NCBI GenBank assembly: GCA_038885755.1
Contig: JAVZZH010000004.1
Span: 1 to 64,000 of the forward strand
Direction: 5' to 3'
Origin: Candidatus Caldarchaeum sp.
Lineage (GTDB): Archaea > Thermoproteota > Nitrososphaeria_A > Caldarchaeales > Caldarchaeaceae
DNA length: 64,000 nucleotides
Below, one piece after another: positions 47,426-56,847 of this stretch. Below the pieces are notes generated by a model. It saw nothing but the letters and a program-made list of their open reading frames with translations, did no database searches and was not told the origin of the DNA. Position numbers and translations under genes: made by a program. Within the stretch, counting starts at the first letter, position 1; each line of letters begins with the position of its first letter.

Positions 47426-48121
47426 GTGAGGTACGAGATAAGGAACAGGCCTGCTTACTCTATGCTGGAGGTTGAGTTGCTGCCCGGGGAGGCGATCGAG
47501 GCGGAGGCGGGAGCGATGACTTACATGACGCCGAACATCCGAGTCTCGACACGGATGAGGCAGGAGAGCTTCCTGACCACTCTAGGCCTGAAGATTCTCG
47601 GCGGCCAGTCTTTCTTCGTCAACGAGTACACGGCGGTCAACACCGCCGGAAAGCTAGCCCTAGTCTCAGCCCCGCTCGGAGACATGGCTCATCTCACGGT
47701 CTCCCCCGACTCGGGCTACATCATCCAAAAGTCATCCTACGTCGCCTCAAGCCCAACAGTCGACCTAGACATAAAGTGGCAGGGCTTCACGAGAGGGTTG
47801 TTCGGCCAAGGATTATTCATGATTAGAGTATCGGGACATGGCGACCTTTTCATCAACACCTTCGGAGCTCTGGAGAAGATCTCCCTCAAGCCGGGTGAAG
47901 AGCTGCTTGTCGACAACTTTCACCTAGCGGCTTTCTCGGACAGCTGCACATACGAAGTTAGAAAGTTCGGCGGGCTCAAGTCTACTATTCTGGGCGGCGA
48001 GGGTCTTGTGGTGGCGGTGAAAGGACCCGGAGACGTCTATGTCCAGACCAAGAACCCGGCAGAGTTCGCTGAATGGCTGTGGACTCTCCTGGACCCCTAC
48101 GTAAGGTCCCGAGCCCGATGA
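47426..48121 (+). CDS. TIGR00266/AIM24 family protein
   Basis: AEAGAM, GGQSFFVN, VDNFHL.AF, GGEGLV....GPG.V..QT. Confidence 0.88.
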   Translation: MRYEIRNRPAYSMLEVELLPGEAIEAEAGAMTYMTPNIRVSTRMRQESFLTTLGLKILGGQSFFVNEYTAVNTAGKLALVSAPLGDMAHLTVSPDSGYIIQKSSYVASSPTVDLDIKWQGFTRGLFGQGLFMIRVSGHGDLFINTFGALEKISLKPGEELLVDNFHLAAFSDSCTYEVRKFGGLKSTILGGEGLVVAVKGPGDVYVQTKNPAEFAEWLWTLLDPYVRSRAR

Positions 48122-48122
48122 T

Positions 48123-49505
48123 TTAGAGAAGGTCGATCGATTGACCCGTTCTCGGAACGATGACCTCTATCTCCTCGCCGCGGAGAAGCTCGACAAACAT
48201 CTCTGGCGACTCGGTGTGGATGGGCACGACCCTGCGTGGACTAACCCGCATGACGAGGTCCAGAATGTCGGGGCCTGAAGCATGCCCCGATGAATGTATG
48301 TGATGCATCTCAAGCCCGAGAAGCTCAACCCAGTTCCTTATCTTGTCCATTTCGATTATCTGCTCCTCTGAATGCGGCTCGCTTGTTGAGAGGATGAAGG
48401 GAGACTTGGGCGGCGGCCTCAAACCAGCTAGGTCGATTATGTCCCCGGCCTTGCTTAGCACCAGAATGTATTTAGACGGGTTCTGCTTCACGTCCTCCTC
48501 CCTCACCGTCGGCGCAGCGTTGGTTATGGCCTTCATCCACTTGGGGTAGTCGGATGCCGAGTAAGTGCCCGTGCCCCTCCTCTCAAGGTATACAACCATC
48601 CGACCCTCGGCTATCAAGGGGACGTCGATCCTTAGTTTCCCGCTTCCGAGGTTTTTCAATGTTTGAGCGTGATGCATCGATATGGCTGGAATACGGTCGT
48701 TCTCCTCCGCAACCCTGAGGACTGTGTTGAGCCGGTCGAAGTCCATCATGCCGACGACGACGGCGGCAAGCTTGTCTTCAGACCTTTTCATAACAACGTT
48801 CATTTCACGCCTTACATCCTCCTCGGACATGTTTGTAACCTCCTCTATTCTCGTTCCCTCCACGATGAGAGTCTCCACCCCCATCCGCCTGCATTCCCTG
48901 ATGAAGTCATCCGTCATGTCTCGCCGCGGGCCATGCATCCTCAAGTCTCCGGTGTAGGCCACGGCTCCTCCCCCGCCCTCGACGATCAAGCCGTAAGCCG
49001 CCGGTATTGAGTGGTCGACGTGGACTGGATGTATCCTCATCCCGGCGACTTCAAAGACATCACCGGTCCTGAAGGTGTTTATCGTCCTAGTAGCCTCGTC
49101 GTCGAGTAGACTCTCGTCCCTAGCCTGTCTCACCTCTTCACGTGCTTCAACCAGCACCTTAGCCCCCTCGCCCATGTACACGGGTATGTCGGGCCTGAGC
49201 AGGCCGACGTGGCCGTAGTGGTCGATGTGTGCGTGCGAGACGACGACCGCCTCGACGAACGGTTCATCATCACGCAGATGGCTCGGAGTTGTTTCTTCCA
49301 CATACAAGCCTTTGATGGCTGGAACAACGCCCGTCAAAACATAATCCTCCACTAACGCAAAGCTCCGGGGCCTGAGAAACATGCTGAAGTAGTTGTTCCG
49401 GGCGGTAAAGTCCACGCCGAAGTCGAGAAAGACACGGCCCTCCTCCTCCAGCAGTATCTTGTTCCCGCCTATCCTGCCCGCTCCCCCGTAGACCGTTGCC
49501 CTCAA
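48123..49505 (-). CDS. MBL/beta-CASP ribonuclease-like protein (RNase J/aCPSF2-like)
   Basis: IGGNKI, SHAHIDH, VDHSIP, YTGD, HSSGH, PIHTE. Confidence 0.82.
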   Translation of the reverse strand: MRATVYGGAGRIGGNKILLEEEGRVFLDFGVDFTARNNYFSMFLRPRSFALVEDYVLTGVVPAIKGLYVEETTPSHLRDDEPFVEAVVVSHAHIDHYGHVGLLRPDIPVYMGEGAKVLVEAREEVRQARDESLLDDEATRTINTFRTGDVFEVAGMRIHPVHVDHSIPAAYGLIVEGGGGAVAYTGDLRMHGPRRDMTDDFIRECRRMGVETLIVEGTRIEEVTNMSEEDVRREMNVVMKRSEDKLAAVVVGMMDFDRLNTVLRVAEENDRIPAISMHHAQTLKNLGSGKLRIDVPLIAEGRMVVYLERRGTGTYSASDYPKWMKAITNAAPTVREEDVKQNPSKYILVLSKAGDIIDLAGLRPPPKSPFILSTSEPHSEEQIIEMDKIRNWVELLGLEMHHIHSSGHASGPDILDLVMRVSPRRVVPIHTESPEMFVELLRGEEIEVIVPRTGQSIDLL

Positions 49506-49693
49506 CCTAGGTTTTTCAGCAGTCTGTGGTGTTTATGCTTTACCTCTCGCGTTCTTGAGCACCGCCACAGGGACGAGCCGCCTGCGAATCCTCTGCACCA
49601 TGCGGCTGGGGTTTTGCGCTGGAGAGGGAGGATGCTGGCCATCCTGATAGGTTTGGTATGCTTTAAATAACGGCGTTATAAAGGCCCGGCGGT

Positions 49694-50473
49694 ATGGAGC
49701 TGGAGATAGTCGACCTTCACGCCAGCGTCGAGGGGAAGCAGATACTCAAAGGCGTCAACCTCAAGGTTAGGGAGGGTGAGATACACAGCCTGATGGGGCC
49801 GAACGGCTCCGGCAAAAGCACGCTAGCCGCAGTCATAATGGGCCATCCCAAGTACACCGTCGACAGCGGCGACATCCTCCTCGACGGCGAGAGCATAGTT
49901 GGCATGTCTCCCGACGAAAGAGCTAGGAGAGGATTGTTCCTAGCCTTCCAGTATCCTGTGGAGATATCAGGAGTGACTCTGGCTAACTTTCTGCGTAGAG
50001 CCTACATCAACCTCAAGTATGGGGGAGACGGCGAGAAGGCGAAGGACAAAGTCAGCTTGGCTGAATTCCAGAGGCTGTTGAAGGAGAAGATCGAGATGCT
50101 AAAGCTCGACCCCTCGATAGGGCGGAGATACCTTAACGAAGGTTTTTCGGGGGGTGAGAAGAAGCGCTGCGAGGTTCTTCAGATGGCTATTCTCTCTCCA
50201 AGGATAGCGGTTCTCGACGAGACCGACTCAGGGCTTGACATCGACGGCGTCAAGATCGTTGCGGAGGGTGTTAGGACGATATCACGTCAGTCCGGCATGG
50301 GTGCCTTGGTTATAACCCACTACCTGCGGATACTCAACTACCTCAGGCCCGACGTCGTCCACATAATGTACGGAGGCCGGGTTGTTGAGACTGGAGGATA
50401 TGAGCTTGCTCAGCTGCTCGAGGAGAAAGGATACAGCGTCATCGAGCAGAAGTACGGAGCTTCTACCGGCTGA
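49694..50473 (+). CDS. sufC: Fe-S cluster assembly ATPase SufC
   Basis: MGPNGSGKSTL, FLAFQYP, NEGFSGGEKKR, LDETDSGLDID. Confidence 0.95.
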   Translation: MELEIVDLHASVEGKQILKGVNLKVREGEIHSLMGPNGSGKSTLAAVIMGHPKYTVDSGDILLDGESIVGMSPDERARRGLFLAFQYPVEISGVTLANFLRRAYINLKYGGDGEKAKDKVSLAEFQRLLKEKIEMLKLDPSIGRRYLNEGFSGGEKKRCEVLQMAILSPRIAVLDETDSGLDIDGVKIVAEGVRTISRQSGMGALVITHYLRILNYLRPDVVHIMYGGRVVETGGYELAQLLEEKGYSVIEQKYGASTG

Positions 50474-51194
50474 CGGGTGTGATTTCCAGCCTCGACCTGA
50501 CGGCTTTGAAGACCGGTATTGCGACAGCCGACCCGACTACAACTTGACCTATGTTGAGAGGTATCTCGGCGACGGGGACGATGTCGGGCAGCAGGCCTAT
50601 AGCGGCTGCGAGAGACTCGTAGAGGAAGTAGCCGAGCACCATCACGAGCCCTGCCGCCAGCAGGGAGATCACGAGCCAAGCCTCCGCTTCCTTCTTCCTG
50701 AAGACGTAGTAAGCTGGTACGGCTGAGCCGAGAAGAGCGAGCACAACCCATGTAGACGGCATGACCAGCAGCTCGAACGTCTGGCCCGGGTAGACAACTA
50801 TCTCAACCGCGCCGCTCATCAAGTAAACCCCCACCATCACGAGGATTATGAAGTAAAGCCCGACGACCATGGCCGACAGAACAGCCGCCTGCGGCACCGC
50901 CAGCCTCCTCAACCTCCTGTAGAGGATTGCTGCAACAGCTCCCTCAGCCGCCTTTATCACCAGAGTCCCCGGTGCGAAGGCTTGGTATCCGAGAAAAATG
51001 TCTGCAAGGGCTGAGCCAACTCCTCCGGCGAAAGCTCCCACGAACGGGCCTCCCAGCAGGGCGGACAGGTAGACCATGGTCTCGCCGAGGTTGAAGTATC
51101 CCCGGGTCAGAGGGAAGTATATGCTTAGCACCATGGTTGCAGCCGCCACGAGTGCCGTGAACACAACCGTCATGGAAACGGCTCGGGCGTCCAT
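50463..51194 (-). CDS. ECF transporter S component
   Basis: GYFNLGE, GGVGSALAD...AP.TL.IK. Confidence 0.85.
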   Translation of the reverse strand: MDARAVSMTVVFTALVAAATMVLSIYFPLTRGYFNLGETMVYLSALLGGPFVGAFAGGVGSALADIFLGYQAFAPGTLVIKAAEGAVAAILYRRLRRLAVPQAAVLSAMVVGLYFIILVMVGVYLMSGAVEIVVYPGQTFELLVMPSTWVVLALLGSAVPAYYVFRKKEAEAWLVISLLAAGLVMVLGYFLYESLAAAIGLLPDIVPVAEIPLNIGQVVVGSAVAIPVFKAVRSRLEITPVSR

Positions 51195-51230
51195 GTTCGG
51201 TAAGATTCTGATGCTCTTTGATAAACTTTT

Positions 51231-51770
51231 TCAACCCAGCAATCCTGAGAGTTTAAAGGGTTTTCTGTCCAGCTTTGCCTGCTTCAGCCTCTCAGCCACC
51301 CTGCTGGAGTCTAACCCACCGAACTCTACGCGCGCCCTCGCCAACTCGTCGCCAGCCCGTTTAATTATCGAGTCGAAGCCTTTCGTGTCCCCTTTCTGCA
51401 AGTGGACGAAAGCCGCGGCCGTGAGAATCAGGCCGTGAAGAAAAACCTTGACAACACCTTCAGACGACCTCCACAAGGACTCGAGAGCTTCATGAGCCTC
51501 CCAGAACCTCTCCATGTCAAAAAGCCTGACAGCACGACTGAAGCAGGCCTCCGGGCTCTCGGAGACGTCAACACCCGTCGGAACGACTTCCAGCACGTCA
51601 AAATCCTCGAGCTTAGGCGGGTGGTCGGAGAACACGTCGAACTCGATGTGCTTGGTTCCCACCCTAACGTCTACGACGTTGTATCCTTTAGAGCGGAGCG
51701 TATGAATCAACCCCGGTCTGTCTAGGGGGGACTGCCCCGTGTTGGCGGCCAGAACTATGTACCGTCTCAT
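51231..51770 (-). CDS. DUF309 domain protein
   Basis: FWEAHEALESLW, GLIL.AAAFVH. Confidence 0.85.
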   Translation of the reverse strand: MRRYIVLAANTGQSPLDRPGLIHTLRSKGYNVVDVRVGTKHIEFDVFSDHPPKLEDFDVLEVVPTGVDVSESPEACFSRAVRLFDMERFWEAHEALESLWRSSEGVVKVFLHGLILTAAAFVHLQKGDTKGFDSIIKRAGDELARARVEFGGLDSSRVAERLKQAKLDRKPFKLSGLLG

Positions 51771-52078
51771 GGAGTCGTGGCTTCGACAACCCAGTCGAGG
51801 TATGTCTTGTGAACATCCGTCGGCGTGATCTCAACTATCTCAGGAACCCTGTATGGATGCTCAGCCAGAATCGTCTCTTTCAGCAGCTGAGACTTCTGCC
51901 TGCTCGTCTTGATCACCAACAACACCTCGGAGTCGACGTTTACCTTGTTATCCCACCAGTAGATGGACTCGGTTTGGACGACGTTAATGCAGGCAGCGAG
52001 CCTCCTCTCAACCAGACTCCTGCACCAACCTTCAAAATCCCCGCTCCTCGGATATGTGACTAGAAGAACGACCATCAT
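51767..52078 (-). CDS. cutA: Divalent-cation tolerance protein CutA
   Basis: LAACIN, SIYWW, HPYRVPEI, YLDW. Confidence 0.92.
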   Translation of the reverse strand: MMVVLLVTYPRSGDFEGWCRSLVERRLAACINVVQTESIYWWDNKVNVDSEVLLVIKTSRQKSQLLKETILAEHPYRVPEIVEITPTDVHKTYLDWVVEATTP

Positions 52079-52126
52079 GGTCCGTCAAAGGACGGCGTGA
52101 GATTAAAATTCTTCTAAAACACGTAA

Positions 52127-54049
52127 ATGGCGAAGATGCTACCGTATGCTCCGTGGTTAGCTTGGACGATACCGCTCGTCGGAAGCCTGTTTGTTCCTCT
52201 TGTTTTCAAGGCCGGTAAGCGTGCGGGGGAGGCTTACGCAGTAGCCGTCTCCTTCGCCGCAGCAGCCTTCAGCATATCGATGATCCCGGATGTTTACGGG
52301 TTAGGGAACAAGGGATTGGTCGTAAAAGTGCCTTGGATACCTCTGGGGAGCGACCGGTTCATAGAAGCCAGCCTGCTGTTAGACCCGTTGAGCGTAATGA
52401 TGGCCAGCATAGCCACGGGCATAGGCTCTCTAATAGTCCTCTACAGCGTAGGGTACATGAGCCGTGAAGAAGCCCTACCGAGATACTACTTCTTCATGCT
52501 GTTCTTCATCGGAGGCATGACTCTCCTCGTCCTATCCGAGAACCTCCTGATGCTATACATCGGCTGGGAGATAGTTGGTCTCTGCAGCTATGCGTTAATC
52601 GGCTTCTACAACAAACGCCCTGAAGCCAACCACGCTGGAATCAAGGCTTTCGTGACGACAAGGGTCGGAGACGCCTCCATGCTCGTCGGCATAGTCATCC
52701 TTTTCGCCATGTTCGGAACTTTCAGCTTCACCGGGCTGGAGAAAGCCATGCACAGCTCGATTGAAACAGGCGTGGTCTCCGCGTCGGGTTTGATTCTCCC
52801 TCTCCTGCTGATATTCGGCGGAGCCGTGGGCAAGTCAGCCCAGTTCCCGCTGCACGTCTGGCTGCCCGACGCCATGGAGGGCCCAACACCCGTCTCAGCC
52901 CTGATCCACGCAGCCACCATGGTGAAGGCCGGCGTCTACCTCGTTGCTAGAATGATTTTGACCGTCGTGCCGTTCGAAGCCTTCCCGCCATCCATGCTGG
53001 CTGACTGGTACCTGTCGATAGCGCTGGTCGCAGGGTTCACAAGCTTCTTTGCCGCAACGATGGGGCTTGTCTCCCCCGACATCAAGAGAGTGATAGCGTA
53101 CTCCACCATAAGCCAGCTGGCGTTGATGCTGGCCGCCCTCGGCATGGCTTCGGAGTTGGGGCTGTTCGGCGGTATTTTCCACCTCCTGAGCCACAGCATC
53201 TTCAAGGCCCTCCTCTTCCTAGCCGCCGGAGCCGTCATCCACGCCGTTCACACAAACAACCTCGACGAGATGGGAGGGCTGCGGACCAAGATGCCGATAA
53301 CCTTCTGGACCTCAGCCGTCGGCGTCCTCTCCCTAGCCGGCGTCCCGCTTTTCAGCGGTTTCTGGAGCAAAGACCTCGTCATCGAGTCTTCGCTCCAAGC
53401 CGGCAACATGCTGGTCTTCCTGCTCATCACCGGCGCATCAATCCTCACAGTCGCCTACAGCTTACGATGGCTGTACAAGGTCTTCCTCGCACCCCCAACC
53501 CATCACACGGAGCACGCCCACGAAGCACCTCCGGTGATGACCATCCCCCTCATACTACTTGCAGCAGCATCCGTCGCAGTCGGCTTAACAGGCCCATTCT
53601 TCGAGGAAGAACTCCACCACTACCTAGGCTTGCATGGGAAGTTCTCGACGAGCCTAGCTACTTACGCAGCCTCCGCAGTAATACTGGCCACAGGCGGTGT
53701 GCTTGGCTACGTCTTCTACCTCGGAAAGTTGAAGAACCCCGGAGAAGTAAGGTCTTCAGGCTTAGGGGCCAAGCTTCACACCCTGCTAATCAATAGATAC
53801 TACGTGGATGCCTTCTACTACAAGGTGTTCGTGAACGGGTTGGAGAAGACTGGAGGACTTTTGCTGAGGTTCGTAGAGCTGAAGATAATCGACGGGTTCA
53901 ACTACGCACTCACGAGGGCGACGGTTGCGTTCGTGCAGCTGTTCAGGAACATACAGACCGGTGAAAGCAACGTAAACATCAGCGGGCTACTGATAGGCAT
54001 GATTTTGCTGATAATCATCTTGCTCCGTTTCTTGTTCGGCCTCGGCTGA
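52127..54049 (+). CDS. nuoL: NADH-quinone oxidoreductase subunit L-like antiporter subunit
   Basis: GKSAQFPLHVWLPDAMEGPTPVSALIHAATMV, AYSTISQL. Confidence 0.9.
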   Translation: MAKMLPYAPWLAWTIPLVGSLFVPLVFKAGKRAGEAYAVAVSFAAAAFSISMIPDVYGLGNKGLVVKVPWIPLGSDRFIEASLLLDPLSVMMASIATGIGSLIVLYSVGYMSREEALPRYYFFMLFFIGGMTLLVLSENLLMLYIGWEIVGLCSYALIGFYNKRPEANHAGIKAFVTTRVGDASMLVGIVILFAMFGTFSFTGLEKAMHSSIETGVVSASGLILPLLLIFGGAVGKSAQFPLHVWLPDAMEGPTPVSALIHAATMVKAGVYLVARMILTVVPFEAFPPSMLADWYLSIALVAGFTSFFAATMGLVSPDIKRVIAYSTISQLALMLAALGMASELGLFGGIFHLLSHSIFKALLFLAAGAVIHAVHTNNLDEMGGLRTKMPITFWTSAVGVLSLAGVPLFSGFWSKDLVIESSLQAGNMLVFLLITGASILTVAYSLRWLYKVFLAPPTHHTEHAHEAPPVMTIPLILLAAASVAVGLTGPFFEEELHHYLGLHGKFSTSLATYAASAVILATGGVLGYVFYLGKLKNPGEVRSSGLGAKLHTLLINRYYVDAFYYKVFVNGLEKTGGLLLRFVELKIIDGFNYALTRATVAFVQLFRNIQTGESNVNISGLLIGMILLIIILLRFLFGLG

Positions 54050-55385
54050 CAACCGAAAGCCTGAACACACACTTCCCCCCACCAGACTCCACACACTCAA
54101 CTTCCTTGCAGGCAACATTTTCATTCAGAGCAACCGCTCCAGCACCACTCACGAGATTAGAGACGACCTGTTCGCAGCCAAGGCCTCCGACTCGGCAAAA
54201 CCCGCAACCCCTCAGCTCAACAACCCATTCATCCTTGCCGGCCTTCCTGACCTTGACCCGCCCGTCGGAAGCCGTTGAAAACAACATAGCCAAAACTTTC
54301 TCCCAGCTCATGTGCCTTCCATTACTCAGCAGGCAGAACACGAAAAGCCTTGAGTAGAGCTCCTGAAGATAAGCGGCGAGACGGCTCAAATCAACCTCAA
54401 CACCTGCACGCTGTTTCAGGAAGCGGCTCAAGTCGTTCAAGGTCTCCACCGACTCCTGCAAGGAGAAAAACCTCAGTCTCCTGCCAGCCTTAGCCCAAAC
54501 AAAGTCGATGGCTGAATCATCACCAGCCGGTCTCTCTAGCTTCAGCAAACCCTCGTCAACCCATGAGGCTATCTTCCACATGACGTTGTCCACCATGTCG
54601 GGAAAAACCCTCTTAACCCAAGAGACTCTTAAACCATCAACCGCCTTCGCCAGAAAATAATCGCTGATTACCTCCAGCTCCGTCGGGTCTCTCTTCAGAG
54701 CTATCATCAAATCGTTCTCAGCCTCGATTCTCTCCTGGAGAGCTCTGGCTGAATTACTTGCATCAGGAACTTTCTTCGGAGCGTTTATGACAACGTCGCC
54801 GTTGACCAAGGAGTATTTTATTGGCTTCAGGTGGTATTCTTCCCTCGCTATCCGGATTGGTGTGAAGTATTTCTGAAGAGTGTTCCCCTCCCTTGAAACA
54901 GACAGGTCAATGGCCCCGTCGACGACGGCCATGAGCTTTCTCTCGAAAACCTCGAAGGTGTTTCTGGGCAGCAGCAAAAACTCTACATGGTTGTGTTTCT
55001 TCACCTCCGCCTGCCAGAAATTCAAGAGCTTTAAGACCTGCTCGGAGTCATACCTGACGAGGAGCTCGGGCAGGTAGGAGTGAACGATTATGCGTGGCGG
55101 GAGCTGTCTTCTCAGGGTGTTTATAGTGATCGAGAGCTCTTGAAGGTTGTCAAGGCTTACCGCCAGCCTCTCGACATCGCCTGACAAAGTCTGGCGGGGT
55201 GAGACCAGCTCGAGCAAGCTCCGCCTGTCAAAAAGCCTTAAGAGAAACTCCCTCGACTCGCTGAAGGTCTCATCCCGCACAAGAACGGTCTGTCCCGCGG
55301 TAATCCTCACTACTTCGTCGAAGAAAGGGTTTCTCGAGCGTTGTTGAGGAGGCTGTTCAGCTGCCTCGTTGCCTGTCTCACCCAT
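54015..55385 (-). CDS. Hypothetical protein: degenerate KaiC/RecA-like N-terminal region plus C-terminal V4R-like domain
   Basis: VVDGAIDL strand typical of KaiC/RAD55 but no Walker A; C-terminal CGFC...C...EVEC...GGGKCVF. Confidence 0.65.
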   Translation of the reverse strand: MGETGNEAAEQPPQQRSRNPFFDEVVRITAGQTVLVRDETFSESREFLLRLFDRRSLLELVSPRQTLSGDVERLAVSLDNLQELSITINTLRRQLPPRIIVHSYLPELLVRYDSEQVLKLLNFWQAEVKKHNHVEFLLLPRNTFEVFERKLMAVVDGAIDLSVSREGNTLQKYFTPIRIAREEYHLKPIKYSLVNGDVVINAPKKVPDASNSARALQERIEAENDLMIALKRDPTELEVISDYFLAKAVDGLRVSWVKRVFPDMVDNVMWKIASWVDEGLLKLERPAGDDSAIDFVWAKAGRRLRFFSLQESVETLNDLSRFLKQRAGVEVDLSRLAAYLQELYSRLFVFCLLSNGRHMSWEKVLAMLFSTASDGRVKVRKAGKDEWVVELRGCGFCRVGGLGCEQVVSNLVSGAGAVALNENVACKEVECVESGGGKCVFRLSVVSRGRTRNGAR

Positions 55386-55554
55386 TTTGATGTTTTATAT
55401 GACGTAATCGTATAAAAGGTTTCTTGATGCTGTTCAAGCATGTGCATTCATGGCCTCTTTCGGCCTCAGTATTTAAACAAAGGAAAGGTTTAAGTAGTAT
55501 TATGGGCAATCAAAACAAAAAACTTTTCTTCAACCGTGAAACCTAAGAAACGAA

Positions 55555-55704
55555 ATGATAGGAATCATAAACGAAGTAAGAACCTTGGCGACGATCCGGC
55601 CGTCGAAATACACGCTGATAGCCTTGGCGGTCCTCGGCACGGTCCTGGCCCTACAGCTCATCCTAGGAGTTCATGCAGGCAGGCCGATAGATTCGTCCCA
55701 CTAG
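55555..55704 (+). CDS. Putative 49-aa secreted/membrane peptide precursor
   Basis: MIGIINEVRTLATIRPSKYTLIALAVLGTVLALQLILGVHAGRPIDSSH, with an AT-rich promoter region upstream and a T-rich tract downstream. Confidence 0.55.
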   Translation: MIGIINEVRTLATIRPSKYTLIALAVLGTVLALQLILGVHAGRPIDSSH

Positions 55705-55711
55705 ACCAACT

Positions 55712-55726
55712 ATCTCTTCTTTTTTA
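55712..55726 (+). terminator. Pyrimidine/oligo-T archaeal terminator-like tract
   Basis: TCTCTTCTTTTTT immediately after the small ORF. Confidence 0.4.
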
Positions 55727-55740
55727 TCCCCCATCCCTTT

Positions 55741-56742
55741 TTATGTCGTTTTGATGAGGTTTTCCAGCTGCTCTAAGTAGGGTTTGATGCTGGCCCATCC
55801 CTTCTCTCCGTAATGCTCGGTTGGTATTGTGAATGTGAAAACCTCATCAGGAAATATCGGGTATGAAGGTTGGCTGACCTCAAGCTCGGCGTGGACGGGC
55901 ACGTGCAGCCTCGTGATCGTTCCTTGCTTCTTCATCCATACTGCGTGCAGATAGTCCTCAAACCCCTCAACCCCTCGTTCGACGGAGTTCACCAGAACAT
56001 ACCGGACGTTGTCAAACTTCGTCCTCCGAGTAGGCAGGTATCCCGTGATGAGCCGCCCCCCCTCGATGTGCCTCTCCCTGTGGTAGCTGACCAGTTGAGG
56101 AGATATTCCATGCATCTCCGATATCCTATTCATCTTCCTCGTTGGCTCGAGCTCAAGCTCCTCGATTATCAAAAGGTCCGTCTTGTCGAATTTAACCCGT
56201 CGTCTGTTCATCGACAACGGGATTCTCGGAATCTCTACCTCGACTTTTCTGCTCCAAGAGTCCAGCTTGAAGTCGTAGAGCTTGACCCATTCAGGCTTGT
56301 AGTATCCATCCACCACCTCGTCGTAGGCGTAGTTTTCAAGAACATCCGCGTCTTGAAGCGTTTGAAGAATTTTTCGATAGTTTTGGCTTTCCTCTGAAGG
56401 GGGAACAACCTCAAGAAAGTATTCACGTTGTTTGACTAGGGTAGCTCTGTAAACCACGTACAGACCTTCAAGCCATTTTAGGAAGTTCACTTGCTTAGAA
56501 AGATTTAGCCGGTTGCTGAAACGTATGAAAGCTATGTGCGGCGAAAGCCCTAACGCGCTGTAGTCTACAACGGGATGGAACCTGAAGCCGGATTCGTGGA
56601 ACTTGTTCAAATAGTATCGACATGTCTCGACGGGCATGTCGAGCTCGTAGGCTATTCTTGGTATCCGTGTTGGGCCGTAGGTCATGGCCGCTGCTATGAC
56701 GGATGTGAAAGCCCACCGTGGAGGGGCTGATGACAGTTTCAT
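55741..56742 (-). CDS. Putative transcriptional regulator with two HTH/Lrp-like modules
   Basis: IPRIAYELDMPVETCRYY and FDKTDLLIIEELE...ISPQLVSYH. Confidence 0.7.
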   Translation of the reverse strand: MKLSSAPPRWAFTSVIAAAMTYGPTRIPRIAYELDMPVETCRYYLNKFHESGFRFHPVVDYSALGLSPHIAFIRFSNRLNLSKQVNFLKWLEGLYVVYRATLVKQREYFLEVVPPSEESQNYRKILQTLQDADVLENYAYDEVVDGYYKPEWVKLYDFKLDSWSRKVEVEIPRIPLSMNRRRVKFDKTDLLIIEELELEPTRKMNRISEMHGISPQLVSYHRERHIEGGRLITGYLPTRRTKFDNVRYVLVNSVERGVEGFEDYLHAVWMKKQGTITRLHVPVHAELEVSQPSYPIFPDEVFTFTIPTEHYGEKGWASIKPYLEQLENLIKTT

Positions 56743-56847
56743 GAATTAAGTAACATGGTTTAACTGTATTTATGTTTTCTCAAAACTTTTTAACGGATCA
56801 TGCGGGCCGACGAATCATTATATTGTCGTTTTTAAAGGCCAGATACG

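Noticed and set aside
49510-49690. Possible sRNA or small ORF between the beta-CASP gene and sufC (hairpin AGGATG-CTGGC-CATCCT)
   Set aside because: No clear C/D or H/ACA boxes and no recognisable peptide, so support is insufficient.
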